From Eledone cirrhosa (lineage: Eukaryota), in NCBI GenBank assembly GCA_964016885.1, contig OZ024744.1:2542001-2606000 (forward strand): a stretch of 64,000 nucleotides of DNA, read 5' to 3'. Below the pieces are notes generated by a model. The model saw only the letters and a list, made by a program, of their open reading frames with translations. It searched no databases and had not been told where the DNA came from. This document shows positions 22,701-37,700 of this stretch, in pieces; positions within the stretch are counted from its first letter, which is position 1; every line of letters begins with the position of its first letter. Position numbers and translations under genes: made by a program.

Positions 22701-25700
22701 AGAAATATAGCTTGGTGAAGAACGAAGTTTTGAGGGAAGACAAGGTAGAGAAAGATAGCTTGGTGAAGAACGAAGTTTTGAGGGAAGTCAAGGTAGAGAA
22801 AGATAGCTTGGTGAAGAACGACGTTTTGAGGGAAGACAAGGTAGAGAAAGATAGCTTGGTGAAGAACGAAGTTTTGAGGGAAGTCAAGGTAGAGAAAGAT
22901 AGCTTGGTGAAGAACGACGTTTTGAGGGAAGACAAGGTAGAGAAAGATAGCTTGGTGAAGAACGACGTTTTGGGGGAAGACAAGGTAGAGAAAGATAGCT
23001 TGGTGAAGAACAACGTTTTGGGGGAAGACAAGGAAGAGAAAGATAGCTTGGTGAAGAACGAAGTATTGAGGGAAGACTCGGTAGAGAAAGATAGCTTGGT
23101 GAAGAACGAAGTTTTGAGGGAAGACAAGGTAGAGAAAGATAGCTTGGTGAAGAACGAGGTTTTGAGGGAAGACAAGGTAGAGCAAGATAGCTTGGTGAAG
23201 AACGACGTTTTGAGGGAAGACAAGGTAGAGAAAGATAGCTTGGTGAAGAACGAAGTTTTGGGGAAGACAAGGTAGAGAAAGATAGCTTGGTGAAGAACGA
23301 AGTTTTGAGGGAAGACAAGGTAGAGAAAGATAGCTTGGTGAAGAACGAGGTTTTGAGGGAAGACAAGGTAGAGAAAGATAGCTTGGTGAAGAACGACGTT
23401 TTGAGGGAAGACAAGGTAGAGAAAGATAGCTTGGTGAAGAACGACGTTTTGGGGGAAGAAAGGTAGAGAAAGATAGCTTGGTGAAGAACAAAGTTTTGGG
23501 GGAAGACAAGGTATAGAAAGATAGCTTGGTGAAGAACGAAGTATTGAGGGAAGACTCGGTAGAGAAAGATAGCTTGGTGAAGAACGAAGTTTTGAGGGAA
23601 GACAAGGTAGAGAAAGATAGCTTGGTGAAGAACGAGGTTTTGAGGGAAGACAAGGTAGAGAAAGATAGCTTGGTGAAGAACGACGTTTTGGGGGAAGAAG
23701 GGTAGAGAAAGATAGCTTGGTGAAGAACAAAGTTTTGGGGGAAGACAAGGTAGAGAAAGATAGCTTGGTGAAGAACGAAGTATTGAGGGAAGACTCGGTA
23801 GAGAAAGATAGCTTGGTGAAGAACGAAGTTTTGAGGGAAGACAAGGTAGAGATAGATAGCTTGGTGAAGAACGAGGTTTTGAGGGAAGACAAGGTAGAGA
23901 AAGATAGCTTGGTGAAGAACGAAGTTTTGGGGGAAGCTAATGTAGAGAAAGATAGCTTGGTGAAGAACGAAGTTTTGAGGGAAGACAAGGTAGAGAAAGA
24001 TAGCTTGGTGAAGAACGAAGTTTTGAGGGAAGACAAGGTAGAGAAAGATAGCTTGGTGAAGAACGAAGTTTTGGGGGAAGACAAGGTAGAGAAAGATAGC
24101 TTGGTGAAGAACGAAGTTTTGAGGGAAGACAAGGTAGAGAAACATAGCTTGGTGAAGAACGAAGTTTTGGGGGAAGACAATGTAGAGAAAGATAGCTTGG
24201 TGAAGAACGAAGTTTTGGGGGAAGACAAGGTAGAGAAAGATAGCTTGGTGAAGAACGAAGTTTTGAGGGAAGACAAGGTAGAGAAAGATAGCTTGGTGAA
24301 GAACGAAGTTTTGAGGGAAGACAAGGTAGAGAAAGATAGTTGGTGAAGAACGAAGTTTTGAGGGAAGACAAGGTAGAGAAAGATAGCTTGGTGAAGAACG
24401 ACGTTTTGAGGGAAGACAAGGTAGAGAAAGATAGCTTGGTGAAGAACGACGTTTTGGGGGAAGAAAGGTAGAGAAAGATAGCTTGGTGAAGAACAAAGTT
24501 TTGGGGGAAGACAAGGTATAGAAAGATAGCTTGGTGAAGAACGAAGTATTGAGGGAAGACTCGGTAGAGAAAGATAGCTTGGTGAAGAACGAAGTTTTGA
24601 GGGAAGACAAGGTAGAGAAAGATAGCTTGGTGAAGAACGAGGTTTTGAGGGTAGACAAGGTAGAGAAAGATAGCTTGGTGAAGAACGACGTTTTGGGGGA
24701 AGAAAGGTAGAGAAAGATAGCTTGGTGAAGAACAAAGTTTTGGGGGAAGACAAGGTAGAGAAAGATAGCTTGGTGAAGAACGAAGTATTGAGGGAAGACT
24801 CGGTAGAGAAAGATAGCTTGGTGAAGAACGAGGTTTTGAGGGAAGACAAGGTAGAGAAAGATAGCTTGGTGAAGAACGAAGTTTTGAGGGAAGACAAGGT
24901 AGAGAAAGATAGCTTGGTGAAGAACGAGGTTTTGAGGGAAGACAAGGTAGAGAAAGATAGCTTGGTGAAGAACGAAGTTTTGGGGGAAGACAAGGTAGAG
25001 AAAGATAGCTTGGTGAAGAACGAAGTTTTGAGGGAAGACAAGGTAGAGAAAGATAGCTTGGTGAAGAACGAAGTTTTGAGGGAAGACAAGGTAGAGAAAG
25101 ATAGCTTGGTGAAGAACGAAGTTTTGGGGGGAGACAAGGTAGAGAAAGATAGCTTGGTGAATAACGAAGTTTTGGGGGAAGACAATGTAGAGAAAGATAG
25201 CTTGCTGAAGAACGAAATTTTGAGGGACGACAAAGTAGAGAAAGATAGCTTGTTGAAGAACGAAGTTTTGGGGAAGACAAGGTAGAGAAAGAAAGCTTGG
25301 TGAAGAACGAAGTTTTGGGGGAAGACAAGGTAGAGAAATATAGCTTGGTGAAGAACGAAGTTTTGAGGGAAGACAAGGTAGAGAAAGATAGCTTGGTGAA
25401 GAACGAAGTTTTGAGGGAAGTCAAGGTAGAGAAAGATAGCTTGGTGAAGAACGACGTTTTGAGGGAAGACAAGGTAGAGAAAGATAGCTTGGTGAAGAAC
25501 GACGTTTTGGGGGAAGACAAGGTAGAGAGATATAGCTTGGTGAAGAACAACGTTTTGGGGGAAGACAAGGTAGAGAAAGATAGCTTGGTGAAGAACGAAG
25601 TATTGAGGGAAGACTAGGTAGAGAAAGATAGTTGGTGAAGAACGAAGTTTTGAGGGAAGACAAGGTAGAGAAAGATAGCTTGCTGAAGAACGACGTTTTG

Positions 25701-28700
25701 AGGGAAGACAAGGTAGAGAAAGATAGCTTGGTGAAGAACGACGTTTTGTGGGAAGACAAGGTAGAGAAACATAGTTGGTGAAGAACGAAGTTTTGAGTGA
25801 AGACAAGGTAGAGAAAGATAGCTTGGTGAAGAACGAAGTTTTGAGGGAAGACAAGGTAGAGAAAGATAGCTTGATGAAGAACGAAGTTTTGAGGGAAGAC
25901 AAGGTAGAGAAAGATAGCTTGATGAAGTACGAAGTTTTGGGGGAAGACAAGGTAGAGAAAGATAGCTTGGTGAAGAACGAAGTTTTGAGGGAAGACAAGG
26001 TAGAGAAAGATAGCTTGATGAAGAATGAAGTGTTGAGGGAAGACAAGGTAGAGAAAGATAGCGTGGTGAAGAACGAAGTTTTGAGGGAAGACAAAGTAGA
26101 GAAAGATAGCTTGGTGAAGAACGAAGTTTTGGGGGAAGACAATGTAGAGAAAGATAGCTTGATGAAGAACGAAGTTTTGGGAGAAGACAAGGTAGAGAAA
26201 GATAGCTTGGTGAAGAACGAAGTTTTGAGGGAAGACAAGGTAGAGAAAGATAGCTTGGTGAAGAACGAAGTTTTGGGGGAAGACAAGGTAGAGAAAGATA
26301 GCTTGGTGAAGAACGAAGTTTTGAGGGAAGACAAGGTAGAGAAAGATAGCTTGGTGAAGAACGAAGTTTTGAGGGAAGACAAGGTAGAGAAAGATAGTTG
26401 GTGAAGAACGAAGTTTTGAGGGAAGACAAGGTAGAGAAAGATAGCTTGGTGAAGAACGACGTTTTGAGGGAAGACAAGGTAGAGAAAGATAGCTTGGTGA
26501 AGAACGACGTTTTGGGGGAAGAAAGGTAGAGAAAGATAGCTTGGTGAAGAACAAAGTTTTGGGGGAAGACAAGGTATAGAAAGATAGCTTGGTGAAGAAC
26601 GAAGTATTGAGGGAAGACTCGGTAGAGAAAGATAGCTTGGTGAAGAACGAAGTTTTGAGGGAAGACAAGGTAGAGAAAGATAGCTTGGTGAAGAACGAGG
26701 TTTTGAGGGTAGACAAGGTAGAGAAAGATAGCTTGGTGAAGAACGACGTTTTGGGGGAAGAAAGGTAGAGAAAAATAGCTTGGTGAAGAACAAAGTTTTG
26801 GGGGAAGACAAGGTAGAGAAAGATAGCTTGGTGAAGAACGAAGTATTGAGGGAAGACTCGGTAGAGAAAGATAGCTTGGTGAAGAACGAGGTTTTGAGGG
26901 AAGACAAGGTAGAGAAAGATAGCTTGGTGAAGAACGAAGTTTTGAGGGAAGACAAGGTAGAGAAAGATAGCTTGGTGAAGAACGAGGTTTTGAGGGAAGA
27001 CAAGGTAGAGAAAGATAGCTTGGTGAAGAACGAAGTTTTGGGGGAAGACAAGGTAGAGAAAGATAGCTTGGTGAAGAACGAAGTTTTGAGGGAAGACAAG
27101 GTAGAGAAAGATAGCTTGGTGAAGAACGAAGTTTTGAGGGAAGACAAGGTAGAGAAAGATAGCTTGGTGAAGAACGAAGTTTTGGGGGGAGACAAGGTAG
27201 AGAAAGATAGCTTGGTGAAGAACGAAGTTTTGGGGGAAGACAATGTAGAGAAAGATAGCTTGCTGAAGAACGAAATTTTGAGGGACGACAAAGTAGAGAA
27301 AGATAGATTGGTGAAGAACGAAGTTTTGGGGAAGACAAGGTAGAGAAAGATAGCTTGGTGAAGAACGAAGTTTTGGGGGAAGACAAGGTAGAGAAATATA
27401 GCTTGGTGAAGAACGAAGTTTTGAGGGAAGACAAGGTAGAGAAAGATAGCTTGGTGAACAACGAAGTTTTGAGGGAAGTCAAGGTAGAGAAAGATAGCTT
27501 GGTGAAGAACGACGTTTTGAGGGAAGACAAGGTAGAGAAAGATAGCTTGGTGAAGAACGACGTTTTGGGGGAAGACAAGGTAGAGAGATATAGCTTGGTG
27601 AAGAACAACGTTTTGGGGGAAGACAAGGTAGAGAAAGATAGCTTGGTGAAGAACGAAGTATTGAGGGAAGACTAGGTAGAGAAAGATAGTTGGTGAAGAA
27701 CGAAGTTTTGAGGGAAGACAAGGTAGAGAAAGATAGCTTGCTGAAGAACGACGTTTTGAGGGAAGACAAGGTAGAGAAAGATAGCTTGGTGAAGAACGAC
27801 GTTTTGTGGGAAGACAAGGTAGAGAAAGATAGCTTGGTGAAGAACGAAGTTTTGGGGGAAGGCAAGGTAGAGAAAGATAGCTTGATCAAGAACGAAGTTT
27901 TGAGGGAAGACAAGGTAGAGAAAGATAGCGTGGTGAAGAACGAAGTTTTGAGGGAAGACAAAGTAGAGAAAGATAGCTTGGTGAAGAACGAAGTTTTGGG
28001 GGAAGACAATGTAGAGAAAGATAGCTTGATGAAGAACGAAGTTTTGGGAGAAGACAAGGTAGAGAAAGATAGCGTGGTGAAGAACGAAGTTTTGAGGGAA
28101 GACAAAGTAGAGAAAGATAGCTTGGTGAAGAACGAAGTTTTGGGGGAAGACAATGTAGAGAAAGATAGCTTGATGAAGAACGAAGTTTTGGGAGAAGACA
28201 AGGTAGAGAAAGATAGCTTGGTGAAGAACGGAAGTTTTGAGGGAAGACAAGGTAGAGAAAGATAGCTTGGTGAAGAACGAAGTTTTGGGGGAAGACAAGG
28301 TAGAGAAAGATAGCTTGGTGAAGAACGAAGTTTTGAGGGAAGACAAGGTAGAGAAAGATAGCTTGGTGAAGAACGAAGTTTTGAGGGAAGACAAGGTAGA
28401 GAAAGATAGTTGGTGAAGAACGAAGTTTTGAGGGAAGACAAGGTAGAGAAAGATAGCTTGGTGAAGAACGACGTTTTGAGGGAAGACAAGGTAGAGAAAG
28501 ATAGCTTGGTGAAGAACGACGTTTTGGGGGAAGAAAGGTAGAGAAAGATAGCTTGGTGAAGAACAAAGTTTTGGGGGAAGACAAGGTATAGAAAGATAGC
28601 TTGGTGAAGAACGAAGTATTGAGGGAAGACTCGGTAGAGAAAGATAGCTTGGTGAAGAACGAAGTTTTGAGGGAAGACAAGGTAGAGAAAGATAGCTTGG

Positions 28701-31700
28701 TGAAGAACGAGGTTTTGAGGGAAGACAAGGTAGAGAAAGATAGCTTGGTGAAGAACGACGTTTTGGGGGAAGAAAGGTAGAGAAAGATAGCTTGGTGAAG
28801 AACAAAGTTTTGGGGGAAGACAAGGTAGAGAAAGATAGCTTGGTGAAGAACGAAGTATTGAGGGAAGACTCGGTAGAGAAAGATAGCTTGGTGAAGAACG
28901 AAGTTTTGGGAGAAGACAAGGTAGAGAAAGATAGCGTGGTGAAGAACGAAGTTTTGAGGGAAGACAAAGTAGAGAAAGATAGCTTGGTGAAGACCGAAGT
29001 TTTGGGGGAAGACAATGTAGAGAAAGATAGCTTGATGAAGAACGAAGTTTTGTGAGAAGACAAGGTAGAGAAAGATAGCTTGGTGAAGAACGGAAGTTTT
29101 GAGGGAAGACAAGGTAGAGAAAGATAGCTTGGTGAAGAACGAAGTTTTGGGGGAAGACAAGGTAGAGAAAGATAGCTTGGTGAAGAACGAAGTTTTGAGG
29201 GAAGACAAGGTAGAGAAAGATAGCTTGGTGAAGAACGAAGTTTTGAGGGAAGACAAGGTAGAGAAAGATAGTTGGTGAAGAACGAAGTTTTGAGGGAAGA
29301 CAAGGTAGAGAAAGATAGCTTGGTGAAGAACGAGGTTTTGAGGGAAGACAAGGTAGAGAAAGATAGCTTGGTGAAGAACTAAGTTTTGGGGGAAGACAAG
29401 GTAGAGAAAGATAGCTTGGTGAAGAACGAAGTTTTGAGGGAAGACAAGGTAGAGAAAGATAGCTTGGTGAAGAACGAAGTTTTGAGGGAAGACAAGGTAG
29501 AGAAAGATAGCTTGGTGAAGAACGAAGTTTTGGGGGGAGACAAGGTAGAGAAAGATAGCTTGGTGAAGAACGAAGTTTTGAGGGAAGACAAGGTAGAGAA
29601 AGATAGCTTGGTGAAGAACGAAGTTTTGGGGGAAGACAATGTAGAGAAAGATAGTTTGCTGAAGAACGAAATGTTGAGGGACGACAAAGTAGAGAAAGAT
29701 AGCTTGGTGAAGAACGAAGTTTTGGGGAAGACAAGGTAGAGAAAGATAGCTTGGTGAAGAACGAAGTTTTGGGGGAAGACAAGGTAGAGAAATATAGCTT
29801 GGTGAAGAACGAAGTTTTGAGGGAAGACAAGGTAGGGAAAGATAGCTTGGTGAAGAACGAAGTTTTGAGGGAAGTCAAGGTAGAGAAAGATAGCTTGGTG
29901 AAGAACGACGTTTTGAGGGAAGACAAGGTAGAGAAAGATAGCTTGGTGAAGAACGACGTTTTGGGGGAAGACAAGGTAGAGAGATATAGCTTGGTGAAGA
30001 ACAACGTTTTGGGGGAAGACAAGGTAGAGAAAGATAGCTTGGTGAAGAACGAAGTATTGAGGGAAGACTAGGTAGAGAAAGATAGTTGGTGAAGAACGAA
30101 GTTTTGAGGGAAGACAAGGTAGAGAAAGATAGCTTGCTGAAGAACGACGTTTTGAGGGAAGACAAGGTAGAGAAAGATAGTTGGTGAAGAACGAAGTTTT
30201 GAGGGAAGACAAGGTAGAGAAAGATAGCTTGGTGAAGAACGACGTTTTGAGGGAAGACAAGGTAGAGAAAGATAGCTTGGTGAAGAACGACGTTTTGGGG
30301 GAAGAAAGGTAGAGAAAGATAGCTTGGTGAAGAACAAAGTTTTGGGGGAAGACAAGTTATAGAAAGATAGCTTGGTGAAGAACGAAGTATTGAGGGAAGA
30401 CTCGGTAGAGAAAGATAGCTTGGTGAAGAACGAAGTTTTGAGGGAAGACAAGGTAGAGAAAGATAGCTTGGTGAAGAACGAGGTTTTGAGGGAAGACAAG
30501 GTAGAGAAAGATAGCTTGGTGAAGAACGACGTTTTGGGGGAAGAAAGGTAGAGAAAGATAGCTTGGTGAAGAACAAAGTTTTGGGGGAAGACAAGGTAGA
30601 GAAAGATAGCTTGGTGAAGAACGAAGTATTGAGGGAAGACTCGGTAGAGAAAGATAGCTTGGTGAAGAACGACGTTTTGAGGGAAGACAAGGTAGAGAAA
30701 GATAGCTTGGTGAAGAACGAGGTTTTGAGGGAAGACAAGGTAGAGAAAGATAGCTTGGTGAAGAACGAAGTTTTGGGGGAAGACAAGGTAGAGAAAGATA
30801 GCTTGGTGAAGAACGAAGTTTTGAGGGAAGACAAGGTAGAGAAAGATAGCTTGGTGAAGAACGAAGTTTTGAGGGAAGACAAGGTAGAGAAAGATAGCTT
30901 GGTGAAGAACGAAGTTTTGGGGGGAGACAAGGTAGAGAAAGATAGCTTGGTGAAGAACGAAGTTTTGAGGGAAGACAAGGTAGAGAAAGATAGCTTGATG
31001 AAGAACGAAGTTTTGGGAGAAGACAAGGTAGAGAAAGATAGCGTGGTGAAGAACGAAGTTTTGAGGGAAGACAAAGTAGAGAAAGATAGCTTGGTGAAGA
31101 ACGAAGTTTTGGGGGAAGACAATGTAGAGAAAGATAGCTTGATGAAGAACGAAGTTTTGGGAGAAGACAAGGTAGAGAAAGATAGCTTGGTGAAGAACGG
31201 AAGTTTTGAGGGAAGACAAGGTAGAGAAAGATAGCTTGGTGAAGAACGAAGTTTTGGGGGAAGACAAGGTAGAGAAAGATAGCTTGGTGAAGAACGAAGT
31301 TTTGAGGGAAGACAAGGTAGAGAAAGATAGCTTGGTGAAGAACGAAGTTTTGAGGGAAGACAAGGTAGAGAAAGATAGTTGGTGAAGAACGAAGTTTTGA
31401 GGGAAGACAAGGTAGAGAAAGATAGCTTGGTGAAGAACGAGGTTTTGAGGGAAGACAAGGTAGAGAAAGATAGCTTGGTGAAGAACGAAGTTTTGGGGGA
31501 AGACAAGGTAGAGAAAGATAGCTTGGTGAAGAACGAAGTTTTGAGGGAAGACAAGGTAGAGAAAGATAGCTTGGTGAAGAACGAAGTTTTGAGGGAAGAC
31601 AAGGTAGAGAAAGATAGCTTGGTGAAGAACGAAGTTTTGGGGGGAGACAAGGTAGAGAAAGATAGCTTGGTGAAGAACGAAGTTTTGAGGGAAGACAAGG

Positions 31701-34700
31701 TAGAGAAAGATAGCTTGGTGAAGAACGAAGTTTTGGGGGAAGACAATGTAGAGAAAGATAGTTTGCTGAAGAACGAAATGTTGAGGGACGACAAAGTAGA
31801 GAAAGATAGCTTGGTGAAGAACGAAGTTTTGGGGAAGACAAGGTAGAGAAAGATAGCTTGGTGAAGAACGAAGTTTTGGGGGAAGACAAGGTAGAGAAAT
31901 ATAGCTTGGTGAAGAACGAAGTTTTGAGGGAAGACAAGGTAGGGAAAGATAGCTTGGTGAAGAACGAAGTTTTGAGGGAAGTCAAGGTAGAGAAAGATAG
32001 CTTGGTGAAGAACGACGTTTTGAGGGAAGACAAGGTAGAGAAAGATAGCTTGGTGAAGAACGACGTTTTGGGGGAAGACAAGGTAGAGAGATATAGCTTG
32101 GTGAAGAACAACGTTTTGGGGGAAGACAAGGTAGAGAAAGATAGCTTGGTGAAGAACGAAGTATTGAGGGAAGACTAGGTAGAGAAAGATAGTTGGTGAA
32201 GAACGAAGTTTTGAGGGAAGACAAGGTAGAGAAAGATAGCTTGCTGAAGAACGACGTTTTGAGGGAAGACAAGGTAGAGAAAGATAGCTTGGTGGAGAAC
32301 GAAGTTTTGGGGGAAGGCAAGGTAGAGAAAGATAGCTTGATGAAGAACGAAGTTTTGAGGGAAGACAAGGTAGAGAAAGATAGCTTGGTGAAGAACGAAG
32401 TTTTGAGGGAAGACAAGGTAGAGAAAGATAGCTTGGTGAAGAACGAAGTTTTGGGGGGAGACAAGGTAGAGAAAGATAGCTTGGTGAAGAACGAAGTTTT
32501 GAGGGAAGACAAGGTAGAGAAAGATAGCTTGGTGAAGAACGAAGTTTTGGGGGAAGACAATGTAGAGAAAGATAGTTTGCTGAAGAACGAAATGTTGAGG
32601 GACGACAAAGTAGAGAAAGATAGCTTGGTGAAGAACGAAGTTTTGGGGAAGACAAGGTAGAGAAAGATAGCTTGGTGAAGAACGAAGTTTTGGGGGAAGA
32701 CAAGGTAGAGAAATATAGCTTGGTGAAGAACGAAGTTTTGAGGGAAGACAAGGTAGGGAAAGATAGCTTGGTGAAGAACGAAGTTTTGAGGGAAGTCAAG
32801 GTAGAGAAAGATAGCTTGGTGAAGAACGACGTTTTGAGGGAAGACAAGGTAGAGAAAGATAGCTTGGTGAAGAACGACGTTTTGGGGGAAGACAAGGTAG
32901 AGAGATATAGCTTGGTGAAGAACAACGTTTTGGGGGAAGACAAGGTAGAGAAAGATAGCTTGGTGAAGAACGAAGTATTGAGGGAAGACTAGGTAGAGAA
33001 AGATAGTTGGTGAAGAACGAAGTTTTGAGGGAAGACAAGGTAGAGAAAGATAGCTTGCTGAAGAACGACGTTTTGAGGGAAGACAAGGTAGAGAAAGATA
33101 GCTTGGTGGAGAACGAAGTTTTGGGGGAAGGCAAGGTAGAGAAAGATAGCTTGATGAAGTACGAAGTTTTGGGGGAAGACAAGGTAGAGAAAGATAGCTT
33201 GGTGAAGAACGACGTTTTGTGGGAAGACAAGGTAGAGAAACATAGTTGGTGAAGAACGAAGTTTTGAGGGAAGACAAGGTAGAGAAAGATAGCTTGGTGA
33301 AGAACGAAGTTTTGAGGGAAGACAAGGTAGAGAAAGATAGCTTGATGAAGAACGAAGTTTTGAGGGAAGACAAGGTAGGGAAAGATAGCTTGGTGAAGAA
33401 CGAAGTTTTGAGGGAAGTCAAGGTAGAGAAAGATAGCTTGGTGAAGAACGACGTTTTGAGGGAAGACAAGGTAGAGAAAGATAGCTTGGTGAGGAACGAC
33501 GTTTTGGGGGAAGACAAGGTAGAGAGATATAGCTTGGTGAAGAACAACGTTTTGGGGGAAGACAAGGTAGAGAAAGATAGCTTGGTGAAGAACGAAGTAT
33601 TGAGGGAAGACTAGGTAGAGAAAGATAGTTGGTGAAGAACGAAGTTTTGAGGGAAGACAAGGTAGAGAAAGATAGCTTGCTGAAGAACGACGTTTTGAGG
33701 GAAGACAAGGTAGAGAAAGATAGTTGGTGAAGAACGAAGTTTTGAGGGAAGACAAGGTAGAGAAAGATAGCTTGGTGAAGAACGACGTTTTGAGGGAAGA
33801 CAAGGTAGAGAAAGATAGCTTGGTGAAGAACGACGTTTTGGGGGAAGAAAGGTAGAGAAAGATAGCTTGGTGAAGAACAAAGTTTTGGGGGAAGACAAGG
33901 TATAGAAAGATAGCTTGGTGAAGAACGAAGTATTGAGGGAAGACTCGGTAGAGAAAGATAGCTTGGTGAAGAACGAAGTTTTGAGGGAAGACAAGGTAGA
34001 GAAAGATAGCTTGGTGAAGAACGAGGTTTTGAGGGAAGACAAGGTAGAGAAAGATAGCTTGGTGAAGAACGACGTTTTGGGGGAAGAAAGGTAGAGAAAG
34101 ATAGCTTGGTGAAGAACAAAGTTTTGGGGGAAGACAAGGTAGAGAAAGATAGCTTGGTGAAGAACGAAGTATTGAGGGAAGACTCGGTAGAGAAAGATAG
34201 CTTGGTGAAGAACGAAGTTTTGAGGGAAGACAAGGTAGAGAAAGATAGCTTGGTGAAGAACGAGGTTTTGAGGGAAGACAAGGTAGAGAAAGATAGCTTG
34301 GTGAAGAACGACGTTTTGGGGGAAGAAAGGTAGAGAAAGATAGCTTGGTGAAGAACAAAGTTTTGGGGGAAGACAAGGTAGAGAAAGATAGCTTGGTGAA
34401 GAACGAAGTATTGAGGGAAGACTCGGTAGAGAAAGATAGCTTGGTGAAGAACGAAGTTTTGAGGGAAGACAAGGTAGAGAAAGATAGCTTGATGAAGAAC
34501 GAAGTTTTGGGAGAAGACAAGGTAGAGAAAGATAGCGTGGTGAAGAACGAAGTTTTGAGGGAAGACAAAGTAGAGAAAGATAGCTTGGTGAAGAACGAAG
34601 TTTTGGGGGAAGACAATGTAGAGAAAGATAGCTTGATGAAGAACGAAGTTTTGGGAGAAGACAAGGTAGAGAAAGATAGCTTGGTGAAGAACGGAAGTTT

Positions 34701-37700
34701 TGAGGGAAGACAAGGTAGAGAAAGATAGCTTGGTGAAGAACGAAGTTTTGGGGGAAGACAAGGTAGAGAAAGATAGCTTGGTGAAGAACGAAGTTTTGAG
34801 GGAAGACAAGGTAGAGAAAGATAGCTTGGTGAAGAACGAAGTTTTGAGGGAAGACAAGGTAGAGAAAGATAGTTGGTGAAGAACGAAGTTTTGAGGGAAG
34901 ACAAGGTAGAGAAAGATAGCTTGGTGAAGAACGAGGTTTTGAGGGAAGACAAGGTAGAGAAAGATAGCTTGGTGAAGAACGAAGTTTTGGGGGAAGACAA
35001 GGTAGAGAAAGATAGCTTGGTGAAGAACGAAGTTTTGAGGGAAGACAAGGTAGAGAAAGATAGCTTGGTGAAGAACGAAGTTTTGAGGGAAGACAAGGTA
35101 GAGAAAGATAGCTTGGTGAAGAACGAAGTTTTGGGGGGAGACAAGGTAGAGAAAGATAGCTTGGTGAAGAACGAAGTTTTGAGGGAAGACAAGGTAGAGA
35201 AAGATAGCTTGGTGAAGAACGAAGTTTTGGGGGAAGACAATGTAGAGAAAGATAGTTTGCTGAAGAACGAAATGTTGAGGGACGACAAAGTAGAGAAAGA
35301 TAGCTTGGTGAAGAACGAAGTTTTGGGGAAGACAAGGTAGAGAAAGATAGCTTGGTGAAGAACGAAGTTTTGGGGGAAGACAAGGTAGAGAAATATAGCT
35401 TGGTGAAGAACGAAGTTTTGAGGGAAGACAAGGTAGGGAAAGATAGCTTGGTGAAGAACGAAGTTTTGAGGGAAGTCAAGGTAGAGAAAGATAGCTTGGT
35501 GAAGAACGACGTTTTGAGGGAAGACAAGGTAGAGAAAGATAGCTTGGTGAAGAACGACGTTTTGGGGGAAGACAAGGTAGAGAGATATAGCTTGGTGAAG
35601 AACAACGTTTTGGGGGAAGACAAGGTAGAGAAAGATAGCTTGGTGAAGAACGAAGTATTGAGGGAAGACTAGGTAGAGAAAGATAGTTGGTGAAGAACGA
35701 AGTTTTGAGGGAAGACAAGGTAGAGAAAGATAGCTTGCTGAAGAACGACGTTTTGAGGGAAGACAAGGTAGAGAAAGATAGCTTGGTGGAGAACGAAGTT
35801 TTGGGGGAAGGCAAGGTAGAGAAAGATAGCTTGATGAAGAACGAAGTTTTGAGGGAAGACAAGGTAGAGAAAGATAGCTTGGTGAAGAACGAAGTTTTGA
35901 GGGAAGACAAGGTAGAGAAAGATAGCTTGGTGAAGAACGAAGTTTTGGGGGGAGACAAGGTAGAGAAAGATAGCTTGGTGAAGAACGAAGTTTTGAGGGA
36001 AGACAAGGTAGAGAAAGATAGCTTGGTGAAGAACGAAGTTTTGGGGGAAGACAATGTAGAGAAAGATAGTTTGCTGAAGAACGAAATGTTGAGGGACGAC
36101 AAAGTAGAGAAAGATAGCTTGGTGAAGAACGAAGTTTTGGGGAAGACAAGGTAGAGAAAGATAGCTTGGTGAAGAACGAAGTTTTGGGGGAAGACAAGGT
36201 AGAGAAATATAGCTTGGTGAAGAACGAAGTTTTGAGGGAAGACAAGGTAGGGAAAGATAGCTTGGTGAAGAACGAAGTTTTGAGGGAAGTCAAGGTAGAG
36301 AAAGATAGCTTGGTGAAGAACGACGTTTTGAGGGAAGACAAGGTAGAGAAAGATAGCTTGGTGAAGAACGACGTTTTGGGGGAAGACAAGGTAGAGAGAT
36401 ATAGCTTGGTGAAGAACAACGTTTTGGGGGAAGACAAGGTAGAGAAAGATAGCTTGGTGAAGAACGAAGTATTGAGGGAAGACTAGGTAGAGAAAGATAG
36501 TTGGTGAAGAACGAAGTTTTGAGGGAAGACAAGGTAGAGAAAGATAGCTTGCTGAAGAACGACGTTTTGAGGGAAGACAAGGTAGAGAAAGATAGCTTGG
36601 TGGAGAACGAAGTTTTGGGGGAAGGCAAGGTAGAGAAAGATAGCTTGATGAAGTACGAAGTTTTGGGGGAAGACAAGGTAGAGAAAGATAGCTTGGTGAA
36701 GAACGACGTTTTGTGGGAAGACAAGGTAGAGAAACATAGTTGGTGAAGAACGAAGTTTTGAGGGAAGACAAGGTAGAGAAAGATAGCTTGGTGAAGAACG
36801 AAGTTTTGAGGGAAGACAAGGTAGAGAAAGATAGCTTGATGAAGAACGAAGTTTTGAGGGAAGACAAGGTAGAGAAAGATAGCTTGATGAAGTACGAAGT
36901 TTTGGGGGAAGACAAGGTAGAGAAAGATAGCTTGGTGAAGAACGAAGTTTTGAGGGAAGACAAGGTAGAGAAAGATAGCTTGATGAAGAATGAAGTGTTG
37001 AGGGAAGACAAGGTAGAGAAAGATAGCGTGGTGAAGAACGAAGTTTTGAGGGAAGACAAAGTAGAGAAAGATAGCTTGGTGAAGAACGAAGTTTTGGGGG
37101 AAGACAATGTAGAGAAAGATAGCTTGATGAAGAACGAAGTTTTGGGAGAAGACAAGGTAGAGAAAGATAGCTTGGTGAAGAACGAAGTTTTGAGGGAAGA
37201 CAAGGTAGAGAAAGATAGCTTGGTGAAGAACGAAGTTTTGGGGGAAGACAAGGTAGAGAAAGATAGCTTGGTGAAGAACGAAGTTTTGAGGGAAGACAAG
37301 GTAGAGAAAGATAGTTGGTGAAGAACGAAGTTTTGAGGGAAGACAAGGTAGAGAAAGATAGCTTGGTGAAGAACGACGTTTTGAGGGAAGACAAGGTAGA
37401 GAAAGATAGCTTGGTGAAGAACGACGTTTTGGGTGAAGAAAGGTAGAGAAAGATAGCTTGGTGAAGAACAAAGTTTTGGGGGAAGACAAGGTATAGAAAG
37501 ATAGCTTGGTGAAGAACGAAGTATTGAGGGAAGACTCGGTAGAGAAAGATAGCTTGGTGAAGAACGAAGTATTGAGGGAAGACTCGGTAGAGAAAGATAG
37601 CTTGGTGAAGAACGAAGTTTTGAGGGAAGACAAGGTAGAGAAAGATAGCTTGGTGAAGAACGAGGTTTTGAGGGAAGACAAGGTAGAGAAAGATAGCTTG